Positions 45,043 through 55,400 of a stretch of 64,000 nt of DNA are shown here, one piece after another. Position 1 is the stretch's first letter, and the number at the start of each line of letters is the position of its first letter. The translations under genes and the position numbers were made by a program. Location of the stretch: positions 151,387 through 215,386 of the IMG/VR virus record IMGVR_UViG_3300034158_000023, one strand, 5' to 3'. The notes under the pieces were generated by a model, which had not been told where the DNA came from, did not search any database, and saw only the letters and a list, made by a program, of their open reading frames with translations.

Positions 45043-47853
45043 ATGGATAAGACTGAAATGTTGAGTTTTCTGGATTCAGACGCTGTCTATTCAGAAATAA
45101 AAGTACCAGAAGCGATTGTAGATCTGGAAGTGCGCAATGGTAACTTAATCGCTCATAAAGCCAATGACGTAGAGTTCGATGTGGGATCGTGGTTTGGTAT
45201 GTCTGGTGTGCAAATCAAATCCATGACTCTTACACAAAATGATGAGTTATTAACTGTCTTAAGTGATAACACTGAGATATTAACTCCTAGAACTAAGTGG
45301 GACGTATCTATACCTTCAAGACTAAAAGGTAAAGGACAGTTACAGCCACCAGTTGCGTTTCCTCATCTCTTTAACGATACCCCCACAGATTTCTACGACG
45401 AAGACAATGATCTATTATACATGTTTGGCAAAGCGCCCAAGTATGTATCTTTGACCACTTTACGTATGGTTACCGTAACTGGTGTAACGGTTACAGCCTC
45501 TAACCAGTGGAGTACGGCTTACCCCATCTATAGTATCTTCAACCGTAAAGTAGAATTTGTTAGTGATGGTTTATTAGGATCAGGCGCATTAACAGTTACG
45601 TTTGAATTTCCTCTGGATAAACCAGCAGAGATCAAGGGTTACTTGTATCAGAACTTACGAGCTGACTATACCACGCATAGCTACATCATTGAATATTTAC
45701 CACCCGGTGGTACAGTGTGGCAGCCATTAGACACTAGATCTCCTGGTATGGCACTGAACACTGTAATTTATGCTGAGTCAGTAATCGCTAAATCTATTCG
45801 TTGGAGATCATTATCCTTCGGTAGTGCTCCAGGTATAGGTAGACTTGACTGGTTAGTAGGAAAGGCAGGTAACTCCGCTTCTGCTTTACCTGTTAACTTC
45901 CCTGCTGGTTACTTTAATGTGACGGAAGATGAGGACACTATCTATGTGGAACCAAACCGTTTAACTCCGTCTGACAATAATGATATCACATTCAACTTGC
46001 TTAACTATCACCATCTGTTACATGTTCCAGCAGGTGGACAACGTACCTTATTTAAGGCTAACGTGATAAACGTAGTGCCTTGGAACGTGGTCAGAGCAGA
46101 TAGTAGTATTGCCGCAGATGAACTACCTTCGATTAAGTTGAAACGTGGTAGATGGTATTACAGATACGCCTTAGCCTTAGTTAACGCAGCTAAGTTTAGA
46201 GTTTACCTGAGCATCAATGGTACACTTTATCCTTTATCTGATATCATGTCAGGGGTAACGCAAGTTACCGGGTCTAGAGCGGTAGTCGTGCAAGACGAAG
46301 GGGTGTTGGAAATCTATGAAGATACTACTACTTTCTTAGTGGTAGAGACAGAAGGTACTGGTGGTCTCTCTAAGGTTGGCGTAGGAAGTCCTAGTGCTTC
46401 TCTAGAGTTATGGTGGGTAGATAATAACTTATCTGCTGTAATTGCTCCTGTGTTGCCAACAGCAGGACTAATAGCAGCCCCATTTAAACACTTAGAGGGA
46501 ACTTTAGGTGGCGGTACTGGTAGTGCACTATTCACCAACTCGTTGGCTAACGAAACTCGCTGGGCTAGTGTGTCTAACTATTTGATCATGAGTGCTGCTA
46601 CGCATTTCCGTATCTGGAGATGTAGTCTAGCTGCTGGCAGTCCTATGAATGCCAAACTCAAGATAACTAAGTTAGATCGTGGTGCATACGTAATGGAGAA
46701 CGCCCATAAAGTACTTACTAAGGTAGGTAGCAATGAATGGGAGGTTATGACCTATACTTTACCGCCTGGCGTTTACCGTTTTGATTACATTGCAGAACGT
46801 AAGGATAGTGCGTGGTTCATAGAACAAATGCCTAAACCTGCCGAGTGGGAGTTTGGTCAGATTGCGATACGTGTAACGTTACCAATGACTTCTGCTGTTG
46901 AAGCAGGTCAAACCGTAACTAACAGTAGTGAGGTTAATGGTAGTACTAAAGGGTTCAATGCATTTACTGCTGTACCTACAGGTAATGGTTGGTTAAGTGG
47001 TGGCACCACTACGTTCGGTGATGCTGTAGCCAGAGCTAACGTTCCAATGACAGCCACACCGCAAAACGGACAAACCGTAACATGGAGTTCAGACTACGGT
47101 GCAGCGTATAGCGGTCTAGAAGCATTAGGCGTTGGTATCTCGTCTAATGGTTGGGTTGTTCCAGCGGCACCTACACCAGCTGCTCCGCAGTGGCTACAGT
47201 TGGAGTTTGATACACCTGTTGCGTTTGATTCATACTCCATAACAAACCGTAACTATAGCTTAGCAGTCTCTCCTAGAAGTTGGACTGTGCAAGTCTCAGA
47301 CAACGGAGTTGATTGGACCCCTGTGTCTACTGTAGTCGATGACATGCGCAACAATCAAGCGGAACTTAGGGTGTTCAGGTTGGATACTCCTGTCACTGCT
47401 AAATTTGTGCGGTTGTCTATAACTAAACATCACGTATTCGCTGACGTTCCTTATCTCTGCGCAGTTGGTCAGTTTTTAATAGGGACAATGACATCTAAAA
47501 GTGAATGGTTAAACGTGGCATTTGACACTCCACAACGGGTAGCTAAATACCAATTAACTAACCGTTTGGCAGCCAATAATAATACAACCCATTCACCTAA
47601 GAGTTGGCAGTTGCTAGGGCGTCTAGCTGGTGCTGAATGGGAAGTCTTGCATACGGTAGTAGACGACACTAGGAACAGCTATGGGATAACTCGAGAGTTC
47701 TTTTTAGACACTCCAGCTATCTGCGATGAGGTTCGTTTAAACATCACTGCTAAAAATAATGGTACTGGTGCTGAAGCAACCACGCCGTATGTTATCGTAC
47801 AACATTTCCAATTATCAAACGTTGTTAACACACTTAATTCCGATTGGTTATAA
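45043..47853 (+). CDS. Tail fibre/receptor-binding protein with several F5/8 type C (discoidin/CBM32-like) domains
   Basis: N-terminal beta-hairpin shaft repeats; at least three discoidin-like units (e.g. WLQLEFDTP...SPRSWTVQVSDNGVDW...FVRLSIT); a C1q/TNF-like unit. Confidence 0.7.
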   Translation: MDKTEMLSFLDSDAVYSEIKVPEAIVDLEVRNGNLIAHKANDVEFDVGSWFGMSGVQIKSMTLTQNDELLTVLSDNTEILTPRTKWDVSIPSRLKGKGQLQPPVAFPHLFNDTPTDFYDEDNDLLYMFGKAPKYVSLTTLRMVTVTGVTVTASNQWSTAYPIYSIFNRKVEFVSDGLLGSGALTVTFEFPLDKPAEIKGYLYQNLRADYTTHSYIIEYLPPGGTVWQPLDTRSPGMALNTVIYAESVIAKSIRWRSLSFGSAPGIGRLDWLVGKAGNSASALPVNFPAGYFNVTEDEDTIYVEPNRLTPSDNNDITFNLLNYHHLLHVPAGGQRTLFKANVINVVPWNVVRADSSIAADELPSIKLKRGRWYYRYALALVNAAKFRVYLSINGTLYPLSDIMSGVTQVTGSRAVVVQDEGVLEIYEDTTTFLVVETEGTGGLSKVGVGSPSASLELWWVDNNLSAVIAPVLPTAGLIAAPFKHLEGTLGGGTGSALFTNSLANETRWASVSNYLIMSAATHFRIWRCSLAAGSPMNAKLKITKLDRGAYVMENAHKVLTKVGSNEWEVMTYTLPPGVYRFDYIAERKDSAWFIEQMPKPAEWEFGQIAIRVTLPMTSAVEAGQTVTNSSEVNGSTKGFNAFTAVPTGNGWLSGGTTTFGDAVARANVPMTATPQNGQTVTWSSDYGAAYSGLEALGVGISSNGWVVPAAPTPAAPQWLQLEFDTPVAFDSYSITNRNYSLAVSPRSWTVQVSDNGVDWTPVSTVVDDMRNNQAELRVFRLDTPVTAKFVRLSITKHHVFADVPYLCAVGQFLIGTMTSKSEWLNVAFDTPQRVAKYQLTNRLAANNNTTHSPKSWQLLGRLAGAEWEVLHTVVDDTRNSYGITREFFLDTPAICDEVRLNITAKNNGTGAEATTPYVIVQHFQLSNVVNTLNSDWL

Positions 47854-47863
47854 GGGGGCAGTT

Positions 47864-49876
47864 ATGAGACTACCGACGTTTCAAGTAGTCGATGGGATAG
47901 TTGATCCAATTTCAACCCACGGCGATAGTATTAGATTAGTGGGAGCTGGGCGCGCCCAGCCTATCCCAGGCAAAACGTTGTTAGGTAAGGATGCCATTGG
48001 TTATTTAGCAGACTGCATTTACAGGACAGAAGATGCAGCCCTTAATTTAATTCCGCTTTCCTGGACTTTACAGATTTACGCACACCTAACCAATAACATC
48101 ACTATACTAGCGTCTCACGACGCTCAGGTAGCTGCTGGCGGTTGGGTGTTGACGATGGGATCTAGTAGTATAAACTTTTACCGTAACTGGTTTACTGGCT
48201 CTGGGTATTATTTAGATTTAATTTTCTCTTTGGATTTCCCAGAAGGGTTAAATAAAAATGAACCTAAACACTACGCGTTAGTAAAAGATGCCAACCGTGT
48301 AAGTGTGTACGTTAACTATAAGTTAGCCAGAACTTTTAATTTTCCAACTAACGTAGGATCCCCAGGGTTTTCTATGTTTGGTATTACTGGAGGGAAAGAC
48401 ACTTACAATAGTGCTAGTTCGCTATACTGTAACTTCATCAGACTAGACCATAACTACGTTACACCTGTAGATGAGTTCACTAGATTTGATGCTGCTATTC
48501 CTAGAGAGGTCGCGTTATCTTTCTTTGATACAGAGGCGGTCTCACCACAAGCATTTGACAAAGTACATTTAAAAGGGGTGCGTAACTTCTCTCCTCCATT
48601 AAAGGAAAGTGACTTTGCTGGTGCTGTAGGTATCATACCACCATTAACCGCAGACGTAGGTGCAGTGTACGCAGTAGCGGCCAGTGATGTTTATTCTGGT
48701 ACTTACCCTGCATGGAAAGCTTTCCCTGGGATTAACCATGTGCCTACATCATCGGCTTTATGGGCAAGTAGTACGGCAGCTGGTGATAAATGGCTATCCA
48801 TTCGTAGAGTGGATAATCAACCGTTCCTGGTCAACGCCTTCAGAGTAACTGATGGTACTATTGATGGATACCGTGGTCTCGATTACACGTTACAAGGTAA
48901 AATGCAAGAGGACGCTCAGTGGACAGATCTGTATTCAGTTACTGATGTGCCTAATACTCCTGATCTTTCGCATTACTTTACCAACATAGGTAATCACAAT
49001 TACTCTAATTACCGACTGTTATTTACCAAGTATGCTCTTGTAAATAAACGTATGGCGGTTTCATTATTCCAGTTATACTTCGTGGAGAGTGTGCCAGGCA
49101 GTAAGTCATTCGAACTGTCTAACAACTCAAAAGAAGTTACGTTAGTAGGACAATCTACTGAAACTGGTAATTACATTAAATCATTTACGTTTAGTGGTGA
49201 AGGTTACCCTCGTACGTTTAATGTGGTTTTAAATGATAACAGTGTACTGAACGCTGGGCAACAAGAGGTAATCGACTTAGGGTTAAGTTTCCCATGGGGC
49301 AACACAGGTGGGTATCTAGCTAAAGATGGTCAAGGTAATTACTACACTAAACCAATGGCATTCGAAGGCTTTACGGTAGTGAATAATAATGGGGAAATTA
49401 CCCTTACTTATCCTGCGGCGTCTTTATCTAAATACAGCATCGACGGTTTGGATGAGTATGCCATTAAAGCATCGCCAGCTACTGAGTTTATGAAAGTTCT
49501 TGCTAGCGTATGGACGTTAGTACCTTTAGAAACCAAACGACTCGACTCCACTGAGGAGATATCTGTTACACGACGTCGTATAAAAGCTGGTAGGTATTTG
49601 GTACGCGGGTTTGTAACTCTAACCGCCCCAGCTGGAGCAGCTTGTATTTTGACTACAGCCGCCGGAGCTACGCTATTACAAAGCCTAGGTGGGTACTCAG
49701 GCAAGTCAGATTTTAGCACCATCCAAATACCTATGGTTGGGACCATCAACCTCACTGAAGATACTGATGTGGAGTTAAAGGTGTATGCGGTTGTAGCCAC
49801 TAGAAATACAATATCAATGGCATCTAAGGTACTCATCAAAAGTGAGCATACCAAATTAAACTTCTTTAAGGTGTAA
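47864..49876 (+). CDS. Tail-associated protein: LamG/ConA-like, discoidin and C-terminal C1q/TNF-like domains
   Basis: WTLQIY...HYALVKDANRVSVYVN (LamG); AWKAF...KWLSI...YTLQG...WTDL...YRL (discoidin). Start moved to ATG 47864 (GGGGG SD). Confidence 0.65.
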   Translation: MRLPTFQVVDGIVDPISTHGDSIRLVGAGRAQPIPGKTLLGKDAIGYLADCIYRTEDAALNLIPLSWTLQIYAHLTNNITILASHDAQVAAGGWVLTMGSSSINFYRNWFTGSGYYLDLIFSLDFPEGLNKNEPKHYALVKDANRVSVYVNYKLARTFNFPTNVGSPGFSMFGITGGKDTYNSASSLYCNFIRLDHNYVTPVDEFTRFDAAIPREVALSFFDTEAVSPQAFDKVHLKGVRNFSPPLKESDFAGAVGIIPPLTADVGAVYAVAASDVYSGTYPAWKAFPGINHVPTSSALWASSTAAGDKWLSIRRVDNQPFLVNAFRVTDGTIDGYRGLDYTLQGKMQEDAQWTDLYSVTDVPNTPDLSHYFTNIGNHNYSNYRLLFTKYALVNKRMAVSLFQLYFVESVPGSKSFELSNNSKEVTLVGQSTETGNYIKSFTFSGEGYPRTFNVVLNDNSVLNAGQQEVIDLGLSFPWGNTGGYLAKDGQGNYYTKPMAFEGFTVVNNNGEITLTYPAASLSKYSIDGLDEYAIKASPATEFMKVLASVWTLVPLETKRLDSTEEISVTRRRIKAGRYLVRGFVTLTAPAGAACILTTAAGATLLQSLGGYSGKSDFSTIQIPMVGTINLTEDTDVELKVYAVVATRNTISMASKVLIKSEHTKLNFFKV

Positions 49877-49877
49877 T

Positions 49878-52418
49878 ATGAACATTGAGAAAAACACTTT
49901 TTACGATGTTAGGAAAATACCTGGAGATAAGTTAGGACTTAGAACTATCTCCGATGTAACAGTGGCTGAAGGTGGTGACGTTGAACTAACTTTTAGTGAC
50001 ACGGCAAAAAAGGAATTACCTGCACCTGCACCGCTGCCAGTTAAGGACATCGTCAGTGCAGCTATCGTCGGTGACGACTTAGTTGTTAATTTTAATAACG
50101 GTACATCACAGAACATAGGTAGGGTAAATCCTACCTTTACTAAAGAACCTCCGGCGTTTACTGGTACGGGACTACTAGCAGATGATACTACTGGCGCGTT
50201 TAAGAAACTTGCTGGAGTTGGACCTTTCTTAAACATAACAGAAACTGTGAACGAATTTAAGTTAACTATTGACTTATCTGAAGCAGTGGTGCCTCCCCCA
50301 CCTCCAGCTGGTACATTCGTTTACGACCAGGTGCTTTCTACTACGTGGAAGAGCACAACTCCGTTTTCAGATACTGCGGTGGGTGCAATGTATTACTTAC
50401 CAGGCACTAACACCGCTGCCTGGAACAGTTACGATGTGTCTGGTTTAAATGAACCATCGCCATACCCAGTTACGTTCAATGCAGATAAGAGTTTTGTCTT
50501 ACCTGCTGGGCATTACTATGTTGAGTTTTACACTCAGTATACGGTAGATGGCGTGGCTGAGTTACAGTTATTTGATGTTACAAATAATGCCGTTGTGTTA
50601 AACGGGTTAGGGGTAGAGAGTGTTTCAACTGGTGATTACAGTGTGCACCAAGGTACCGCTTTACGTGGAGAGTTCGTGTTAACTGCACCAACTACTCTAT
50701 TGTTTCGTGGTAAAGCAGGTAAATACATTTATCTAGGGTACACTATTAACCGCGAGGGTATTGACCACCACATTGTCTGTTCCATGATGATGTGGAAAAT
50801 TAGTGATACTGCCCTTAATCTAAATAGAAATACACCGCAGTTAGACAACAGTTGGAAACAGTTAACAGCTGTGTATAATCCAGCTTCTGCGATCTCAACA
50901 GTTGCTGGTACCTTTAGTGTCACGTATACTTGCGGTACTATCAATCTTTATGTTAACACGGTTAAGGTGCCCAATGGCGGTAACTACATTATCCCAGACA
51001 CAGCTAGAAAGTTTGTATTTTTATCTGACGATGGGTTAATCAAAACTGAGTTGGGTAGCCCTATTGACATTAGTAGTGGTACTAGACCTTTCGGTAAACA
51101 TAGTACGTTGGCTAGCAATGGTCGCGTGTATGTGCCAGCTTATAACGCTGCGCAACACGTACAGATTATCCCAATGCCTATAGGTGGTTGGGTTAGACCT
51201 GCTGTAACTGGAGGGTATGATTATTTCCCTAGACCTATAGCTATCCATGATCCACACATAACCGTAACTGCTCCAGTGCCAGTAACTGGGCATGCCACGG
51301 CATTGTCATTGTTTAAGAACTCCAAGGCCACTGGACAGTCCAACGAGTATTACTCTGTGGCTACTGCAACTCCAGAGATTAAAGTCGAGTTACGTTTACC
51401 GATAACGCTTAAAGCATTGCGATTAAGTCGTGGTACTTATGGACTAATTACGGAAGCTAACTTATATTCAGTTGAAGGAGGCACTAGAACCTTACTAGCC
51501 CCACTGGTGTTGTCTGGTAACGACATGGTGGCTGAAGGACTTACAGGTGCAGCAGCTAAGGAATACGTAGTGGTTATCGTTACTGCTGCTGGTAGCGCTG
51601 GCGCTGTACAGTTTGGATGTAATGGCATTCAGTTAATCGTAGCGGAAGAAATTGACACAGCTAAATATGAAGGTGTGGTTGAACTAATCCCAGGAGCTCC
51701 TCACAGTACGGTAACTGCTAAATATGAGATTGCTCAGGGTTCTCCTCTAACTGATGAGATCATGTTTATCCCTGTGTCTAACTTTGATACCCGTGGTGGT
51801 TTTGAGTTCTATGATCCTGTAGCTAACCGCTGGAGAAAAGACACTTTTGGACTTACCATAAACGCAGCTTATATATTCAGTTGCGCTATTTGCTCTCCGT
51901 TAAACGATAACATCTTTATCTTCACTCGTACGCCTGAAGCTGATTTCTATATTTACAATCCTGTAAAGAAAGTGATCAAAACCTTACCATTTATGGCAAC
52001 TGGGGTTGATTGCGTAGTGAACGGTTTAGACGGTAAGATCTATGGTGCTATAGGTAACTCTAATCAGTTAACTGTGGTAGAGCCATTGAAGCAACACGTG
52101 TGGAGTGTGGGTACAGATACTGCCTATGCGCCTACAGCTGAAATCACTCAGATGTTATTTGGTAATGATGGTAAGCTGCGTATCTTCCCTTATAACGGGC
52201 CAGTGTACACTATTGACTTTACAACTATGACCTGCACAGCTGAAGGTACTACCATCTGGTGGTATGTCAACGTTAGAATGTTAAACGGTGAGTACTTCGC
52301 TTTCATCGCAAGACGTTTAACTGGTAGCGTTGCTACTATTTCTAACTACTACTACAAACGATTCACTGGGAGTTTCACTCCTGACCGTAAGCTCCAGTTA
52401 GGACATTATGTAAACTAA
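49878..52418 (+). CDS. Tail fibre/receptor-binding protein: shaft repeats, C1q/TNF-like domain, discoidin-like domain, C-terminal beta-propeller blades
   Basis: IVSAAIVGDDLVVNFNNG repeat; FVLPAGHYYVEF; blades such as GLDGKIYG and FGNDGKLRIF. Confidence 0.65.
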   Translation: MNIEKNTFYDVRKIPGDKLGLRTISDVTVAEGGDVELTFSDTAKKELPAPAPLPVKDIVSAAIVGDDLVVNFNNGTSQNIGRVNPTFTKEPPAFTGTGLLADDTTGAFKKLAGVGPFLNITETVNEFKLTIDLSEAVVPPPPPAGTFVYDQVLSTTWKSTTPFSDTAVGAMYYLPGTNTAAWNSYDVSGLNEPSPYPVTFNADKSFVLPAGHYYVEFYTQYTVDGVAELQLFDVTNNAVVLNGLGVESVSTGDYSVHQGTALRGEFVLTAPTTLLFRGKAGKYIYLGYTINREGIDHHIVCSMMMWKISDTALNLNRNTPQLDNSWKQLTAVYNPASAISTVAGTFSVTYTCGTINLYVNTVKVPNGGNYIIPDTARKFVFLSDDGLIKTELGSPIDISSGTRPFGKHSTLASNGRVYVPAYNAAQHVQIIPMPIGGWVRPAVTGGYDYFPRPIAIHDPHITVTAPVPVTGHATALSLFKNSKATGQSNEYYSVATATPEIKVELRLPITLKALRLSRGTYGLITEANLYSVEGGTRTLLAPLVLSGNDMVAEGLTGAAAKEYVVVIVTAAGSAGAVQFGCNGIQLIVAEEIDTAKYEGVVELIPGAPHSTVTAKYEIAQGSPLTDEIMFIPVSNFDTRGGFEFYDPVANRWRKDTFGLTINAAYIFSCAICSPLNDNIFIFTRTPEADFYIYNPVKKVIKTLPFMATGVDCVVNGLDGKIYGAIGNSNQLTVVEPLKQHVWSVGTDTAYAPTAEITQMLFGNDGKLRIFPYNGPVYTIDFTTMTCTAEGTTIWWYVNVRMLNGEYFAFIARRLTGSVATISNYYYKRFTGSFTPDRKLQLGHYVN

Positions 52419-52474
52419 CATTGTAAGATGGTCTCGGCCATCTTATGATTAGACTATTAGTCTTACTTACAATG
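52419..52474 (+). other. Multi-hairpin intergenic leader before the long tail fibre gene
   Basis: Outer inverted repeat CATTGTAAG/CTTACAATG; inner hairpins TAAGATGGT-CTCG-GCCATCTTA and AGACT-ATT-AGTCT. Confidence 0.55.
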
Positions 52475-52484
52475 GGATAGATTT

Positions 52485-55400
52485 ATGAATAACCAAAAAT
52501 TAACAGGGGTCTTGGATCAACTAGTAAAGCGGATACTAACTCAAGTCAGTGGTAAGACAGTACAGTCTATGGTTGTAGACCAAGTCACTGGTGAATTCAC
52601 CATCTACTACACTGATGGATCTGAGCAAAACCTGGGTCGTATCTTTGGCGACGCAGGTGCCCCTGGTGCGGGTATCTTAGACGTGCAGTTATATCCCGAT
52701 CCGGAATCTCCAGCAGACGTGTATCTGCAAACTACTTTAACAAACGGGGTTATCTTACGTACTCGTGATTCTTTAAAAGGTTGGGATGGTAAAGGTTTAG
52801 ATAGTGCATATATCTCTAACAACCATATCCACTTTGTTTTAGATGATGGTTTAGGTACTGAGCTGATACCTATCCCAGTAAACGGTTTAATGGCCATCAG
52901 TATTACTGGCGCTAACATTGTAGCTGGTGAATTAGTCTTCAATCTGTCAGATGGCAACACCCTGACTGCTGGTATTGCAGAAGACTTAGCTGGTCGTGGT
53001 ATTACTAGCGCAGCAATCACTAACTCCAACTTAATCCTTAAATACAGCGATGCTCCTGACGTCCCAGTAGACCTAGGTCGTGTGGTAGGTGACTCAGTTG
53101 TAGGCACTGAAGTTAGAGAGGGGAATTTATTCTTCCAGTTAGCTAGTGGTACTGAGCTAGATGCTGGTAGTGCTGCTGCCCTAGCTGGTGTCGGTGTGGC
53201 TGAAGTTAAGTTAGAAGATGGTAAACTTAAGATTAAGTATTCTAACTCTCCTACTTTTGTGGACTTGGGTGGGGTAGATGGTGTTGCTAGTCTGCGAGTA
53301 GTAGATGGTAAGTTAGTGTATGCTAAATCCTCTGCGCCTACTCTGGATATTGAGATAGCGACCTTTAGTTCTATCTTAGGTATGGAAGTGGTGGGTAATG
53401 AGTTATTTGCTCTCACTAACCAACCTGCTCCAGCTGATCGTATCAACTTAGGACCTGTAGCTAACTTAAAAGGTGACCCTGGTGTAGGTATCTCCACTGC
53501 GGTTATTGCTAACAACGTTCTAACCTTAACCTTAACCAACAATGCAGAGATTGATTTACCTGTAGGCGGGTTAGCACCAGTCGTAATCACAGGCGCTCGT
53601 TATGATAGCGTAGCCGATGAAATCTTTTTCATCTTAGGTGATGGTTCTGAAATACCTTCTGGTATTAAAGAAGATATGCGTGGTGAAGGTTTAAACCGAG
53701 TAGAGATGTCAGCTACTGGTGTATTAACCGTGTACTATGACCGAGCTCCTACAGTCGGTGTAGAGTTAGCTACTATTAAGTATCTAACTGAGTTCTATGT
53801 TGAAAACGGTAAGATTTGGGCTAAGTATAACACTGCTCCAACTACCCCTGTAGAACTAGGTACCATCTTAGGTGTGTCTGAGATAGTTTCAGAAGCTGGG
53901 GTGATTAAGGTTAAGTACACCGATGGCACTGAGTCCACCTTAGGTGAGTTAAAAGGTATTAAGTCAGTTACTGTTGACAATGCTTACAACTTAGTTATTA
54001 CTTATAGTGATAACAGTACCCACAATGCTGGTTTAGTACGTGGTAGCCCAGGTGCGGATGGTGCCTCAATCATTGGTGCTGTAATCGATGGTTCTGGTGA
54101 TTTGATTTTATCCACTAGTAAAGGGGAAACGATTAACGCTGGTCAAGCACGTATTGACATCGATAACATCATCGGTTCAGTAAAACGCTTTGTGGCTACT
54201 GCTGCACAAGCGGTATACAACGTTGCCCATAGCGGTGAAGCTGCTGTGTTCGTAGACGGCGTATTAGCCCCTGCCTCTAGACTGGATTTATCAGCTGGCG
54301 ATTCCATTAAGTTCAATCCAGCATTTACTGGTGGAGAACAAGTAGTAGTAATGGCGTTTGCTCCAACTGGTTCGGTGATTACTGGTAAAGGCGTTAAGGC
54401 GGTAGCTGAGATCAGCCCAGGTGTGTTTGAAATGGAGTTAGAGAATGGTGTTAAATACACTATCAACACTGTAACTCCGATAGACCCAGATGCACTACCT
54501 CCAAGAATCACAGGGATTGTTATCAACCAGTCTTCTCATTTGATTTTTACTTTCTCAGATGAGACTACCATTGATGCAGGCTTTACAGCCAATGCCAACA
54601 GCATTACTACTGCTAAGGTAAATCCTAGCGGTGATTTGATTCTGACGCTGACAGACTTAACTACGATTAACTGTGGTTCGGTTATGTCTAACTTGGCAAT
54701 CTCTAATGCTGTCATTGATGCCAACGGTCACCTAATCATTACCATGAACTCTGGTGGTGTATTTGATACTGGTGTAACTGGTGCTTATGTAGTAAGTGCT
54801 GCTATTGATGCTAACGATGGTCATCTGCGTTTGACTTTGAACACAGGTACCATAGTTGATGCAGGCGCTGTAGTTAATCCACTGTTAGGTACGTTCATTG
54901 ACGTAATTGCGTTTGAAGGACAAACTGAGTTTAGTGCTATGCACGCTGGACACCGGGTGTTATTCTTTGCCAACGGTATCTTACTCAACGAGTCACGTTT
55001 AAACTTAACTGACCCAACTAAGGTTATTACCTTAACTCCTCGTAAAGATCAAGACGTTATTCGTATTGTGTTGATGTCTACAGGTGGGGTGTTTGTTAAA
55101 GGTTTAGAGTCAGAAGCTCTAGCCCAAGACAATACCTATTACGGTAAAGTTGGTGGCGTGGTAGGTTTCCATCCTGTCGGAGCACTGAAGGTTGCTACAC
55201 CGTTAGATTTTGTTGCTAACCCAGGACAGACGGTGTTTAACAACATTCCTCATACTGGCATGGTTGAGATCTTTAAGAACGGACAACTAGTTACTACTGG
55301 ATTCCAGACTCCACCAGAGAAGGTTATCTTTAACGTACCTTTAGTCGGTGGTGAGCTGATTCGTATTAACTCACTGTCAGCACCTAAGCAATTAGGAGCT

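Noticed and set aside
47759-47863. Apparent 95-nt overlap between two fibre genes, suggesting a frameshift fusion
   Set aside because: ATG at 47864 with an SD 10 nt after the upstream stop explains it; no clear slippery site seen
52607-53590. 327-aa antisense ORF inside the long tail fibre gene
   Set aside because: Mirror of a repetitive, codon-biased sense gene; no SD, promoter or terminator context, and the translation is Ser/Thr/Pro-rich shadow sequence
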